Shown here piece after piece: positions 44,490-55,561 of a stretch of DNA of 64,000 nucleotides. A program made the translations under genes and the position numbers. Under the pieces are notes generated by a model. It ran no database searches. It worked only from the letters and a program-made list of their open reading frames with translations, and was not told where the DNA came from. The DNA comes from a virus (taxonomy: Duplodnaviria > Caudoviricetes): IMG/VR virus record IMGVR_UViG_3300034161_000018, positions 192,001 through 256,000 of that record, one strand, 5' to 3'. How positions within the stretch are numbered: the first letter of the stretch is position 1; every line of letters begins with the position of its first letter.

Positions 44490-46517
44490 ATGGCTGGTAC
44501 AATCACGCGCGTTCCGCTAACAATGGTCGCAGCGAAAAACGGTGAAGCCGGTGATACCGTAAAGTTTGACGGCGATCAGTTGAATCTGCAATCCGAACAA
44601 ACAACCGGCGACAAATATGTAAGCAGCGCAAAATACGACGGCGAAACCGGCATTCTCACAATTGGTTTTTCCGACAACACACAATTAACCGCCACTGGTT
44701 TTATGGTGCCGGGAAACATTGGTGTTGGCCCTACTGGCCCAACTGGCCCGCAAGGCGTTTCCGGAAAAAATGGGCGTGACGGAAAAGATGGTCGCGCCGG
44801 TGAAGCCGGTTGCGCTGGCCCAAAAGGTGATATTGGCCCCGCTGGCCCAGCCGGTGGTTATGGTGGTATCGGCCCGCGTGGCCCAATTGGCCCAACTGGC
44901 CCGCAAGGCGCAACAGGATTGCAAGGCCCACGCGGCCCCGATGGCCCAACTGGCCCGCAAGGAATTACAGGCCCGCAAGGTTTAGTCGGAACAATTGGCC
45001 CAACTGGCCCGCAAGGCCCAACTGGCCCGCAAGGTGTTGACGGCCCAACTGGCCCGCAAGGTTTGCCGGGAACAATTGGCGCAACAGTTACAGGCCCGCA
45101 AGGAATTCAAGGCCCGACCGGCCCGCAAGGTGTTGATGGGCCAACCGGCCCGACTGGCCCAAAAGGTGCGCAAGGTGCAACGGGCGTTTCTCCGCTTACC
45201 ATTTTTTCTAAATGGGCATCTGCCGATCCAAACGTTGGTCGTTATTACACAATTGATACCGACGGCGTTTCTTTGGAAGTTTGCGGTACTTACGTTGGCA
45301 CGTCCACGCCAATTGCGAGCGCAACAATCAATTTCCAAATGGGCGGTTTCGGCGCACGTATTCCACTGGTCTACATTTCGTGGCGCAAAGTCGGAAACAT
45401 TACAGCAAGTCCAAACTTGGAATATACGGTTACGACTGCTGACATTGAAGAAGAAAGCGGTGCCGGTTCGTTTACCGTTACGTTGCCAAGCGCGAAAAGT
45501 AATTGGGATTTCACTTGGCGCGTTTTGCTCGCCACGCCTGATGTGAATCAGCCGGTTGTAACTCCGTCGAATACCAGTGCGCCAAGTCCGGGCGGTGTTG
45601 GAACTTCCGGAACAATGACGTACACGGTTTCGCTTTCGCAATCTTACGATTTGCCAGTTTCCGTGAAATGGACAACGCGCAGTCCTGATGCTGACGGCAC
45701 GCCTCCAGCTATTCCAACTGCGACGGATGTTTTTGCAACGTGGAACCGAACAGCGGGCAACGATTTCTTCCCGGCAGGTTCTACAGTTCCTGACACCAGT
45801 GAAGCGGCATCGTGGTCTATCAGCGGTACGAAAATTCAAACCTCCGTTAATTCGACTGGTTACATTTCGTTCCTCTCGCAATTCCCGGCGTCGAAATTCA
45901 CGGTTGAAATGTTGGTCGGTTCCACTGATGCGGACGACGATCAAATCGGCGGTGTTATTGCGGCAGTCCGGAAAAGCGGCGTAAACCATTTGCTGGTTGC
46001 TTCGCGAAATCGCGGCGGCACTGCTGGCCCAACGTTTGCATTGATTTATTTGCAGGGCAATACTGTAAAGAAAGTAATCGCATCGTATGACGATGGTGTG
46101 CGCGGTGGGTGGTCTGGTGCAACGTCGAAAATCAAAATGACGCGTGATCGTGATTTGATTTCGATTACTGCATCGCCATTTGGTTCGACTTCGTATGGCG
46201 CTGCGTACAATCTCAGCGTTGACCTTTCCACCGATCCTGATTTGGCAATTTTCCAGAATGGTGCGCTGTTCGGAATGTACGCACAATCTCAAGCTGCCGG
46301 TTATTTCGACAACTTGGTGTTTACGTTCCCGGCTGCAAACTACAAATCGGAAAGTGGCACTTTGTTGTTCGCTGCTGGCGAATTCTCAAAAGAAGTGCCG
46401 ATTACCATTTACGGACGCGACCCAGCGGACACAGCAACTCGCCACGTTCAATTGGTTTTGAGTTCGCCGCGTAACGCGACGCTTGCCACTCCGGATTACG
46501 GAACTGGTACGTTCTAA
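44490..46517 (+). CDS. Collagen-like fibre protein 4 with a split Calx-beta and a lectin-like insert
   Basis: Long Gly-X-Y run; Calx-beta halves at about 45614-45682 and 46338-46485. Confidence 0.78.
   Translation: MAGTITRVPLTMVAAKNGEAGDTVKFDGDQLNLQSEQTTGDKYVSSAKYDGETGILTIGFSDNTQLTATGFMVPGNIGVGPTGPTGPQGVSGKNGRDGKDGRAGEAGCAGPKGDIGPAGPAGGYGGIGPRGPIGPTGPQGATGLQGPRGPDGPTGPQGITGPQGLVGTIGPTGPQGPTGPQGVDGPTGPQGLPGTIGATVTGPQGIQGPTGPQGVDGPTGPTGPKGAQGATGVSPLTIFSKWASADPNVGRYYTIDTDGVSLEVCGTYVGTSTPIASATINFQMGGFGARIPLVYISWRKVGNITASPNLEYTVTTADIEEESGAGSFTVTLPSAKSNWDFTWRVLLATPDVNQPVVTPSNTSAPSPGGVGTSGTMTYTVSLSQSYDLPVSVKWTTRSPDADGTPPAIPTATDVFATWNRTAGNDFFPAGSTVPDTSEAASWSISGTKIQTSVNSTGYISFLSQFPASKFTVEMLVGSTDADDDQIGGVIAAVRKSGVNHLLVASRNRGGTAGPTFALIYLQGNTVKKVIASYDDGVRGGWSGATSKIKMTRDRDLISITASPFGSTSYGAAYNLSVDLSTDPDLAIFQNGALFGMYAQSQAAGYFDNLVFTFPAANYKSESGTLLFAAGEFSKEVPITIYGRDPADTATRHVQLVLSSPRNATLATPDYGTGTF
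44728..45185 (+). repeat. Collagen-coding repeat (GGCCCAACTGGCCCGCAAGG units)
   Basis: Many near-identical copies encoding GPTGPQG; shorter runs occur in the three other collagen genes. Confidence 0.9.
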
Positions 46518-46564
46518 AGATCGGGGGCCGCGTGCCCCCTTTCTCAATTCCGTAGGGGTTAAAA

Positions 46565-49500
46565 ATGGCAACAACCTACACAAAGATTTTATACGGTACT
46601 CCAACTTCAAGTTCTGAGTACAACGACTTCGGCCTTACCGCCGCAATTGCTGACGGAAACTTTGGCAGCGGCTGGTCTTCGGGCAACGCTTATTCTGTTG
46701 TTGACTACGTTGGTTACGTTTATCCGACGCCAACCAAAGTTCGCAAAATTGAATTGTATTTCCATACATGGGGGCCAACAATTGTTGTCGGCGTTGCAGA
46801 CTCGTGGCCCGTATCGCAAGCCGGTTTTACTGTTCTGCGCACGATTGATGTTAACACCACGCCGAATGATGACCTCGGAGTTCCGTGGGCGAAAAACACA
46901 GTAAACACAATTCTTTTGCCTGCTAATACTCCGTCGAAAGCGGCGTTGGCAGTTTGGACAACTAGCGGCGCAGCAAACAAACTTTCCAGCGGCGGCGTTG
47001 ACCGCGAGCGTTTGTTGGAATTTAGCGCGTACACCGACGACAGTGATCCGCCTGCACCAATTGCAACAAACCCAAAACCGCCAGCCACACTTCCGGTTCT
47101 TCCGTTCACTGCGGTTCCCAACGCAAACTGGACGCGCACCGAATATTCGGCGGCAGGAACTTTCAACTTTACGCCAGCCGCAAATACCAGTTTGGTTCTC
47201 GCAATTCTGCAAGGCGCGGGGGCCGGTGGTCGAATCAACATCGGTACGGATGGCCTCGAAACTGCGGCGATTGCAAATACCGCTGGCGGCGATTCGTTTA
47301 TCAGTTCTGATAACGGCCAATTGTGGCGCGCTCCGGGCGGTATCGGAATTCTCGTTCCAGATGAACCACTGCTGGCGAATCCGGAAAACTGGTTACGCTT
47401 TTTGGATTCCGGTGGTCGCACGGGTAACACACTCGGTCGCGGAAACACACAAGCGGCAGCGGGTGTGCAATCTCTGCTTAGCGGAACTGCTGGCGCGGCG
47501 TGGACAACGGCTGCCGTTGACACAAACAGCGGAATTGTTGCATCGCCAACCAATCTCGGTGGCACTGGAACTTTACCGGGCAGCGTCGTTTATAACGGGT
47601 TCACGCGAAGCGCAACAGTTACAGAAGGTTTTGTAAACACTGGTTCCGGCGCTGGCATTCGGACAGTTGAATACACAATCAACGCATACGCCGGACAAAT
47701 TCTTTCGTACAACTACGGACGGAATACTTCTGCGTATCAAGGTTCGATGGAGTTTCAGGTAAACGGGATTTATCAGTTTACCGATCAGTCTGCATTCATC
47801 GGCACCAAATCTGCGGCTGGTTTCTTGGTAACTGTTTCCGGCCCGCAAACAATCAAATTGATTTTCACCGGCAACGCGGCAGCACTGCCAAACGGTGTAA
47901 AACTTTACGCAATCCTTATCGACGGTATTGGCTACGGCGGTTCGACTGGTGGTGCATCTGGTCGTTTGCTTCAAGGTTTTATGTTGCCGAAACCGCTGAC
48001 AATTAATGTCGGTTTGGGCGGTAACGGAATCACCGGCGGACAAACAGTTCCAACATCCGCAAACGGGCAACGTGGTTCTGGTGGTGCAGGCGGTGGTAAA
48101 GGCGGTGACGGTGTTGTAATCATTTATGAATACAAAATCCCGCTTTCCGGCGAATCGCCAATCACGCCAATTTTCAACAACTTCAACCTTGCACTGGCAA
48201 CAGAACAAGTTGGTTTTTATCGCACCAACTATTTCTCGACCACGCGAAACGAACTCGTAAACTTCCGCCACAAACTACGCCCACGCTCGAAAGCTGTTTA
48301 CGCAATTATCGTTGGTGCAGGCGGCGGCGTTTGGCTCGGTGCTGGTTTCTCGAAAACTGCTCCACCAAACACAAAAATCTTTACCAGCAAAGTTGCATAT
48401 GAAGTTGGTTCCGGCCAATGTTCTGCGGGGCCAGACGGAAACGGTTCTTCGCCGGGTGCGGGTGGTGTTGTCGTTAGCGCTTCCGGTGAAGTGCTGGCTT
48501 CAAAAAATGGTGGTCAAGGTTTCGGCGGCGCATCTTCCGGCGTAACACCTTCCGGCGTCACTGGCGGCTATGGCGATGGTGCAAGTTCCAGCGCGTACTA
48601 TTGGGCAGGCGGTGGTTCTGGTGCTTATGCACTTGTGGCACTCGGCGAAAAAGATTTCAACTCGGATCATTCGGTTGACATTACTTTCAGCGGCCCGCAA
48701 TTCATCACCAGCACGCAAGGCACGTCCGGCGCGGTTTTCATCTTTGAAACAGAAACCGTAATCGGCCCGCTGACTTCGCAAACTGCTGAATTGGTTTTGC
48801 AGAAAAACACAATCGGCCAAACGCAAGTAACGCAAGCTGCGCAACTGGTGTTGCAGAAAACCAACGCAGGCGCCCCGTCGAATACGCAAGTCACCCAATC
48901 GGTAATGCTGATTCTGCAACGGAATCCGAAATCGACTGGCACTTCTGTAACCGAACAATTGTTGGAAGTTGTAACGACTGCGGAACCGGGCAACGCTCGC
49001 ATTTCGCAAAACGTGCAATCGGTGCTGGTTGAATCTGATCCTGTTTCGCAAAACGTAACTCAAGTTGCCTCGTTGGTTCTGATTAAGGAAAACCCGACGA
49101 TCATCCAAGTGATGGACTTCGGCGTAATGCGTTATCCATTGAAGAATCAATTGTACACTTCGTTGATAAACAAAATCGACGGTGTGGGGCAAGGCAATAC
49201 TTTGCGCGTGCAATTGGAAGGTGATCTGCCAGTGGGTTCCTCGTTGATTATTAATGGCGTGGATACTGGAAGTCTAACCGCGATGGTGAAAGACGGCGAC
49301 ACGATTCAGCTTAAAGGCGGCGTGACGAATTATTTCATTACCAGTCAATTCCTGTATGCGTATTTGCAACGCGGCGATCAAATCATTCGTGAGCATGCTG
49401 GTTTCTGGTCGGTGCTGCAAGCTGATTTGGCTCCACGCAAACGCGCAACGATTGGTGTTGTCGGCAAGTTCATCGGAATGCTTGTGTCGAAAGCTGATTC

Positions 49501-50698
49501 GATTCTTTCCGGTAAAACGACTGGTCTGAAAACTTCGGGCCGTGGTGTGTTGGCAAATGCGTTGACTGCAAACGTCGCAAAAGAAAATGCTGTAATCGCA
49601 CCTAAGCAAACTGCTATTCCGGATTCGGCGTTGGCTGTACTGCTCGCGAATAACGGAACGCAAGTGGCGAAGGACAACACGGTTCTCAGCGGAACGCAAA
49701 CATTCACAGCGCGTCCTAGTCCCGGCACCATTATGTGGTTCTGGAATAATTGGATTGCACGAAATCTCGGGTCAACCGCAAACTGGAATCAAACACAAAC
49801 ACTTGGCGCCGGTCAACGGATTGCAAAAGGTGAAGTGTGGTTCCGTGCAGCGAACGGCGCGTCGATTGCGAAAGCAGAACAATTTTGGGTTCGCGGCACT
49901 GCGCAACAATCCAGTAACGCCGACCAACTGTACTCTGTTTTCAAAACTGATGAACCTGTGTTTATGAGTGCGCTTATGTACACGGCGGCAAAAACACGCG
50001 CAGAGAAATTTGCACGCGTTGCCTACACCTACGCGCCGACCTACGTGTTCTCGCCAATTGAACTTGTGGAATACACTGTTCAAGAACGGGACAAGGTTGC
50101 ATACATCGGCCAGCAATGGCAACAAACGATGGTTCACGGTTTCGCGTGGAAAACACCGGATTGGATTTCCCCGGCAAAAGACAACACGGAAGTGCGCGGG
50201 AAATTGGATTTCGTTTCTGCGGTTCCAGTTCACATTCACTTGTTTGGCAAAAACGATTGGCTCACTGTACACATGCCGAGTGGCGCTTACCGTTCGCGTG
50301 AATTCGCGAAATTGGAAATCGGCAAATCGTCTACCAGTGTGCAGAATTGGACATTCCGTTCGACGACCGCAACATTGTCGCCGACGGTTGGGTACGCCGC
50401 ACGCCTCAGTAATTCGACTTTGATTAACGTCGAGTATCGAGTTACGAAAGCAAACGCAACCCTGTTCAATATGAAGCCGATTCTTTATCAGGCTGGCAAA
50501 AACCAAATTGATAAAGCGAAATACTACATGGGCTTTACCACCAAAGCAGAAGTCGATGCGTTTATTGTCAACTTCCTGAAACCGACAACGAAAACGAAAC
50601 TTGACGGTTACGTGTATCGCGTCGGAACAGACGATACTCTGGTGTGTGAAGTACGTGGGCCAAACATGCCGATTGCGTGGCTGATGCACGGCGGTTGA
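46565..50698 (+). CDS. Large tail protein with Gly-rich domains and TQV.Q...LVL repeats
   Basis: Y...GTF.F........L.GAG.GG glycine-rich modules, an N-terminal discoidin-like segment, and about 6 short xQ...LVL repeats at about 48770-49090. Confidence 0.7.
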   Translation: MATTYTKILYGTPTSSSEYNDFGLTAAIADGNFGSGWSSGNAYSVVDYVGYVYPTPTKVRKIELYFHTWGPTIVVGVADSWPVSQAGFTVLRTIDVNTTPNDDLGVPWAKNTVNTILLPANTPSKAALAVWTTSGAANKLSSGGVDRERLLEFSAYTDDSDPPAPIATNPKPPATLPVLPFTAVPNANWTRTEYSAAGTFNFTPAANTSLVLAILQGAGAGGRINIGTDGLETAAIANTAGGDSFISSDNGQLWRAPGGIGILVPDEPLLANPENWLRFLDSGGRTGNTLGRGNTQAAAGVQSLLSGTAGAAWTTAAVDTNSGIVASPTNLGGTGTLPGSVVYNGFTRSATVTEGFVNTGSGAGIRTVEYTINAYAGQILSYNYGRNTSAYQGSMEFQVNGIYQFTDQSAFIGTKSAAGFLVTVSGPQTIKLIFTGNAAALPNGVKLYAILIDGIGYGGSTGGASGRLLQGFMLPKPLTINVGLGGNGITGGQTVPTSANGQRGSGGAGGGKGGDGVVIIYEYKIPLSGESPITPIFNNFNLALATEQVGFYRTNYFSTTRNELVNFRHKLRPRSKAVYAIIVGAGGGVWLGAGFSKTAPPNTKIFTSKVAYEVGSGQCSAGPDGNGSSPGAGGVVVSASGEVLASKNGGQGFGGASSGVTPSGVTGGYGDGASSSAYYWAGGGSGAYALVALGEKDFNSDHSVDITFSGPQFITSTQGTSGAVFIFETETVIGPLTSQTAELVLQKNTIGQTQVTQAAQLVLQKTNAGAPSNTQVTQSVMLILQRNPKSTGTSVTEQLLEVVTTAEPGNARISQNVQSVLVESDPVSQNVTQVASLVLIKENPTIIQVMDFGVMRYPLKNQLYTSLINKIDGVGQGNTLRVQLEGDLPVGSSLIINGVDTGSLTAMVKDGDTIQLKGGVTNYFITSQFLYAYLQRGDQIIREHAGFWSVLQADLAPRKRATIGVVGKFIGMLVSKADSILSGKTTGLKTSGRGVLANALTANVAKENAVIAPKQTAIPDSALAVLLANNGTQVAKDNTVLSGTQTFTARPSPGTIMWFWNNWIARNLGSTANWNQTQTLGAGQRIAKGEVWFRAANGASIAKAEQFWVRGTAQQSSNADQLYSVFKTDEPVFMSALMYTAAKTRAEKFARVAYTYAPTYVFSPIELVEYTVQERDKVAYIGQQWQQTMVHGFAWKTPDWISPAKDNTEVRGKLDFVSAVPVHIHLFGKNDWLTVHMPSGAYRSREFAKLEIGKSSTSVQNWTFRSTTATLSPTVGYAARLSNSTLINVEYRVTKANATLFNMKPILYQAGKNQIDKAKYYMGFTTKAEVDAFIVNFLKPTTKTKLDGYVYRVGTDDTLVCEVRGPNMPIAWLMHGG

Positions 50699-50700
50699 CA

Positions 50701-50707
50701 TAATTTA
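50701..50707 (+). promoter_or_regulatory. TAATTTA putative late promoter
   Basis: Intergenic copy upstream of 50740. Confidence 0.55.
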
Positions 50708-50739
50708 ACAAAAGGATTGTAGAGAAGGAAAAAAGCTAA

Positions 50740-51165
50740 ATGGTCATGTCTCAGGGTAAAAAACTCAGTGAGGCTGGTCTACGCAAACGGAAAACGTTCA
50801 CTTACACAACCGCTACACTAAAGCCAAACGCCAGCGAATCGTTTTCGATGGAACTCGGGCATTCGGTGATCGTGCAGCGGTTGAAAGTAAGTGGGCCTTG
50901 TTTGGTTGAAGTTTACGGTGATCCGAATTTCGATCCCGCGATCGACCCAAACCCCTACACATTCCGCGCAACCGATGACCATTTACTTGATGATGGTTCT
51001 ACGTTGCTGCGGGATGGTACGGTTTTGAAAACCAGACAGTATTCGATTTTCGTAAACCTTGAAAACCCCAGCAAACCGTTCATGTATGGTCAAGTCACAA
51101 ACAATGGTGCGACCAACGCAAAGCTTACGCTGGATTTAACTTATTTGATTGTTGAGGAATTCTAA
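50740..51165 (+). CDS. Hypothetical structural protein
   Basis: ORF track; AAGGA RBS. Confidence 0.7.
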   Translation: MVMSQGKKLSEAGLRKRKTFTYTTATLKPNASESFSMELGHSVIVQRLKVSGPCLVEVYGDPNFDPAIDPNPYTFRATDDHLLDDGSTLLRDGTVLKTRQYSIFVNLENPSKPFMYGQVTNNGATNAKLTLDLTYLIVEEF

Positions 51166-52305
51166 ATGGCAACTGGATTTCAGATTCGCCGCCACGGTTT
51201 CAAAACCGCTGGCACTCTGATGTTGTCGGTGATCGACGACCTGCTGGCGAACGGTTTCACTTATTGCGGTACTGGCTCGTATCAAAAACCAGTCGGCGCC
51301 GCAATTGAAGGTTTTTCCACCACGCTGGAAGCTGGCCCAAACGTTGACCCGCTGAATCCGCTGCCACAAGGCGGCGTTGCAAACCAAGCGTGGCGTTTGA
51401 ACGTCACTGTTTACGATAACGCAACTGCCGGTATTGTTGTTGGTCCTGATTCGCAATTGCCAAACGGTGGCGCACTTCCTTTCGTAACCAACGAATTTGA
51501 ATCCGGCGCAACCACAACTTACGGCGGCGTTGTTGGCCCTGTTGGTCAGCGTTACTCGAAATTCGGCGAAGACCCGGTAACTGGCGCCGACCGTTGGAAG
51601 TTTCCAGCACCTGCAAACATTCGCCCAAGCAAGTTCGCAACTCAAGGTTTTATCAACCGTGGTTTGCGTGTTTGGGTTGGCGTCAACAACGATCCACTGA
51701 CCGCAACCGCGCCAGTACAACCGACTGATCCTACAAAAGATTTGTCGTCCGCTTACCCAATGTCGTATTTCCTGTCGATTACTCCGCGTGGTGTTTTCCT
51801 TTCCGTTTGGGAAGGTGCAGCGTCCGACGTTGACGGCAACTATTTCAGTTGGATGTTGGTACAACGTCCAGTTGATCGCGACACTGGTGCGACAATTGTT
51901 TCCGGCAAAGCTCCAGTTTTCTGCGTGGCTTCTGTCGGTGGGCAGATTACTCGTTTTGTTGTTCGTGAATCCGACGTGCTGCGCGCAACGTGGCCTGCAT
52001 CGGCAACCAAAGATGATCCGGACACCGCCGCAATCATCAACGACAAAATTCAAGTTGCTGTTTCGGAAGATAACCAATACGTGGTTTCTTTCCCAAGCCG
52101 CTTGAACACTCCGCGCTACGCTTACACTTACGAACTCGACATGATCGGGTACACCAGTGCGACCGTGGTTTCGCAAAATACCGAAGTGCCGTTGACTTTG
52201 TATAACGAAGCGCAACCGCGTAATTACGTGGCTGTCCACGCAAACCAAGTAAACAGCAACGGCATGCGTATCGTCGCGCTTGTCAAAGGCGGCGGCATTT
52301 CGTAA
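51166..52305 (+). CDS. Virion structural protein, paralog A1
   Basis: Shares long identical stretches with 52319 (AYPMSY, VSFP.RLNTPRYAYTYELDM.GYTS). Confidence 0.75.
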   Translation: MATGFQIRRHGFKTAGTLMLSVIDDLLANGFTYCGTGSYQKPVGAAIEGFSTTLEAGPNVDPLNPLPQGGVANQAWRLNVTVYDNATAGIVVGPDSQLPNGGALPFVTNEFESGATTTYGGVVGPVGQRYSKFGEDPVTGADRWKFPAPANIRPSKFATQGFINRGLRVWVGVNNDPLTATAPVQPTDPTKDLSSAYPMSYFLSITPRGVFLSVWEGAASDVDGNYFSWMLVQRPVDRDTGATIVSGKAPVFCVASVGGQITRFVVRESDVLRATWPASATKDDPDTAAIINDKIQVAVSEDNQYVVSFPSRLNTPRYAYTYELDMIGYTSATVVSQNTEVPLTLYNEAQPRNYVAVHANQVNSNGMRIVALVKGGGIS

Positions 52306-52318
52306 TAGGGGAAAGTAA

Positions 52319-53344
52319 ATGGCATCTTCTGGTTTTGTAGTTCGCCGTTCCGGGTTCGTCACTGTTGGCGACCTGATGATTTCGGTCGTAAATGATTTGA
52401 CGGCAAACGGTTTCAAAGCCGTTTTCCCAAATCCGTGGGTTGTTCCAAACACTCCACAAAAATGGGCCGTTACTCTGGAAGCTTCGGAAACTGTTGACCC
52501 GCTCAACGCCGTCGCACTTCCAAACAAACAACCGTGGCGTTTGCGCGTAGAAGTTTACGATCAATACACTTCGTCGTTTGTTGTTGGTTCGCAACTTTCG
52601 CTTCCGGATTCCGGCGCGCAGTCGTGGTTGGTTGCAGGTTCTGACACCGCTGGCCCGCTCGGCGTTGTTGGTGGCAAATACACGCAAGGCACCGGCATCA
52701 CGCGTTCGCCTTTGCCGACTGACATTAAACAAGGTTTCCTTAACCGGAAAAACCGTGTGATGGCAGGCTCGGTTGATCTTTCCGCTTCTTATCCAATGTC
52801 GTACTACATTTGCATTACGCCTCGCGGCGTTTTCATCGACGTTTGGGAAGACTTGACCACTGACACTTTGGCAATTCCGCATGCGTGGTTGCTGGTTCAA
52901 CGTCCAGTGGATCGGAAAACCGGCGCCGTAGTTGTAACCGGTAAAGCGCCAGTGTTTGCGCTGTACAGTGTTGGTGGCGTAATCAACAAAATGGTAATTC
53001 GTGAATCCGACGTTCTGCGTCCTTCCGAATCCTACGACGCCACGCTCGACACCACGAACAGCGCAGCGGTAATCAACGCAAACGAACAAGTTGCGATTTC
53101 GGAAAACAACCAATACGTTGTGAGCTTCCCGGCGCGTTTGAATACGCCGCGTTACGCTTACACTTACGAACTGGATATGTTGGGTTACACGTCTTCGGAC
53201 GTGGTTGCAGAAAACACCTATCTGCCACTTCGCGTTTACGGTGAAACTTCCGACCGCCGTTTTGTTGCGATGCACGCCAACAAACCAAACAACGCCGGTA
53301 TGCGAATCGTCGCTCTGAACACTGGTGGCGGTATCGTTCCGTAA
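52319..53344 (+). CDS. Virion structural protein, paralog A2
   Basis: Tandem paralog of 51166. Confidence 0.75.
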   Translation: MASSGFVVRRSGFVTVGDLMISVVNDLTANGFKAVFPNPWVVPNTPQKWAVTLEASETVDPLNAVALPNKQPWRLRVEVYDQYTSSFVVGSQLSLPDSGAQSWLVAGSDTAGPLGVVGGKYTQGTGITRSPLPTDIKQGFLNRKNRVMAGSVDLSASYPMSYYICITPRGVFIDVWEDLTTDTLAIPHAWLLVQRPVDRKTGAVVVTGKAPVFALYSVGGVINKMVIRESDVLRPSESYDATLDTTNSAAVINANEQVAISENNQYVVSFPARLNTPRYAYTYELDMLGYTSSDVVAENTYLPLRVYGETSDRRFVAMHANKPNNAGMRIVALNTGGGIVP

Positions 53345-53388
53345 TTCGATTTTGGGCAGGGACGCCCACGTCTTAAAAGGAAAAGCGC

Positions 53389-54438
53389 ATGGCAGTTCTT
53401 TTTCATGACGGACTCGACCATTACGGCGCAGGCAATATCCCAAACTCACTGGCGCAAGTCGGTGGGTTTGTTGCTTCCGGTTATTCGATTCCGACGCAAA
53501 CAATTTCACTTCAAGAAACGTATGCACGTTACACTGCGGCCCGCACCGGTTCGCCTTTGTCGTGTGGTGCGTCTCTCAATTCTTCAAACGTTGCAAACCA
53601 AATCTGGATTCAGCGCGCAATGCCTGCATGGGCCACGCGCCTAGTGTTCGGTTTCGCATTCCGCGTTAATGCTGTTCCGGCAACGGAAACGCAAATCCTC
53701 GAATTAAACTCCACTCTCCAACTCATGATTCAGGCCGACCTGAAAGTGAAAGTCTTCGGCGCAACTGCTGATTACACTGTTGAGATTGGCGTCTACTATT
53801 TCGGCGAAATTCAAATCGACACGGCAGGCAATGCCACGCTTTGGATTTCCAACACGCAAGTGGCAACCGCAACAGGCCGTAATGCCACGGTAACTTCTTG
53901 GCATCTGATGGCGAAAAACACATCGGCTGTTCAAGCAAACTTGATTAACGTTGACGATATTTACGTGCTCGACGGATCAGGCACCGCAAACACCAGCCGC
54001 CTTGGACGGACGAATTCGGTCATTCGGATTCCTACGGCTACGGTAGAGGCTGGTTTTTCTGTTTCAAGTGGCGCCGCTTTGAACCACACGTATGTGAATA
54101 AAATCTCACCGCTCGGCGATTCGTCGTATGTGAAATCCAACAAAGCAGTGCGCGACCTGTACGGCAACAACGCTGCAATGCTTACAACAAAACCGATTCG
54201 TGCTATTTCGATTATCACTTCGGCACGACGCGAAGACGGTGACGATTTCCGAATCATCCCGGTTGTGAAAAGTGGCAGCGCAACAAAAGAAGGCGCGGAA
54301 TACACGCTTACGCAATACAACTACACCGGCAACTTCCAAGTGTTTGAAACCGATCCCGCGACAAATGCGCTTTGGTTATCGGCTGGCCTACTCGCTGCAA
54401 GTTGGGGCCAACGTTTGAAAGTTCCAGTCACAACATAG
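53389..54438 (+). CDS. Virion structural protein, paralog B1 (lectin-like beta fold)
   Basis: MAVL..DG.DHYG start, VDD.Y.LDGS, GDSSYV, ETDP.T shared with 54449. Confidence 0.72.
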   Translation: MAVLFHDGLDHYGAGNIPNSLAQVGGFVASGYSIPTQTISLQETYARYTAARTGSPLSCGASLNSSNVANQIWIQRAMPAWATRLVFGFAFRVNAVPATETQILELNSTLQLMIQADLKVKVFGATADYTVEIGVYYFGEIQIDTAGNATLWISNTQVATATGRNATVTSWHLMAKNTSAVQANLINVDDIYVLDGSGTANTSRLGRTNSVIRIPTATVEAGFSVSSGAALNHTYVNKISPLGDSSYVKSNKAVRDLYGNNAAMLTTKPIRAISIITSARREDGDDFRIIPVVKSGSATKEGAEYTLTQYNYTGNFQVFETDPATNALWLSAGLLAASWGQRLKVPVTT

Positions 54439-54448
54439 GATTTGAAAA

Positions 54449-55534
54449 ATGGCAGTCCTTCAATTTGATGGTTTCGATCATTATGGCGCCGCAACACTGG
54501 CTACCGTTTCAAACCGCCAAGCGTTTGAGGCCGCTGGTTTCGCCGTGTCCAGCACAACCCGCGTAATGGCGTTCGGCACTGCTTACGGAAAAAACGCCGG
54601 TTCCTACGGCATGCGTTTGGTTTCTTCGACACAGGCTGACACCGCTGCAAACCAAGTGCAGATTTCCAAACCGATCAAACCGGAACAGTGGAAAAGCGCG
54701 ACCCCATACGTTGCAAAAGATTTGGTGATTCTCGGTTTTGCATTCCGCATGGTTATCAACCCGACTGCCGAATTGATTATCGCGAAAGTGGGCGACCATG
54801 ACGTGAGTGTCGGCATTGATATGTTTATGCTGGCCGACGGTTTTCCAACCGCGTACCAAATCGAATTGTCGATCTGGAACTATTGCGAAGTCGAAGTGAA
54901 CGCCCGCGACTCGAAATACCGCGTGTGGATGAACGACATTCTGATTTCGGAAAGAACACTCACCGAACAAACGGTAAACTTCGACAAGTGGGAAATCAAA
55001 GCGCTGTATCGTGCAAACGGCACAGCGGGCCAGTCGATCATGGACGTGGACGATTACTATTTGCTCGACGGTTCTACTTCTGCGACCAGCGTTGCAACTG
55101 TCCGTCTTGGCAAAATCAACGTGGCTACGCGTCTGCCGCTTTCTGATTCGGAAGTTGCATTCGGTCGCGACTCGGGCACCACAAACTTTTCGCGTGTGAA
55201 CGAACAAACTCCAAACGGCGATTCGTCGTATGTGTATTCCGGTACGGTCGGTGCAATTGATCTTTACGGAAACAACACGGCGCTGACTGTGGTTGACGAT
55301 AACGCAATCGTTGCTGTAGCTGTTGCAGTTTCTGCGCGTCAAACCGAACCGGATAGTTTGTCTTTGGCACCGATGATTAAAAACCTCGGCCAGACTTACA
55401 CCGGCGATAAACTGGCGTTGAAGGCCGCGTCGTATTCCGCCGAGAAAGGCATTTTTGAACTTGATCCAAGCACTGGTGTTCGGTGGAAACCTGCGGGCGT
55501 ATTGACCGCTACGTTCGGCCAGAAAATTGGATAA
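54449..55534 (+). CDS. Virion structural protein, paralog B2
   Basis: Tandem paralog of 53389. Confidence 0.72.
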   Translation: MAVLQFDGFDHYGAATLATVSNRQAFEAAGFAVSSTTRVMAFGTAYGKNAGSYGMRLVSSTQADTAANQVQISKPIKPEQWKSATPYVAKDLVILGFAFRMVINPTAELIIAKVGDHDVSVGIDMFMLADGFPTAYQIELSIWNYCEVEVNARDSKYRVWMNDILISERTLTEQTVNFDKWEIKALYRANGTAGQSIMDVDDYYLLDGSTSATSVATVRLGKINVATRLPLSDSEVAFGRDSGTTNFSRVNEQTPNGDSSYVYSGTVGAIDLYGNNTALTVVDDNAIVAVAVAVSARQTEPDSLSLAPMIKNLGQTYTGDKLALKAASYSAEKGIFELDPSTGVRWKPAGVLTATFGQKIG

Positions 55535-55561
55535 AGTCGCGCCGTAAATAGGGAGCCTAAT

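Noticed and set aside
44728-45185. Regular 20-nt repeats as a CRISPR array or DGR template
   Set aside because: They are in-frame collagen GPTGPQG codons with no unique spacers; no Cas or reverse transcriptase gene is present in the window.
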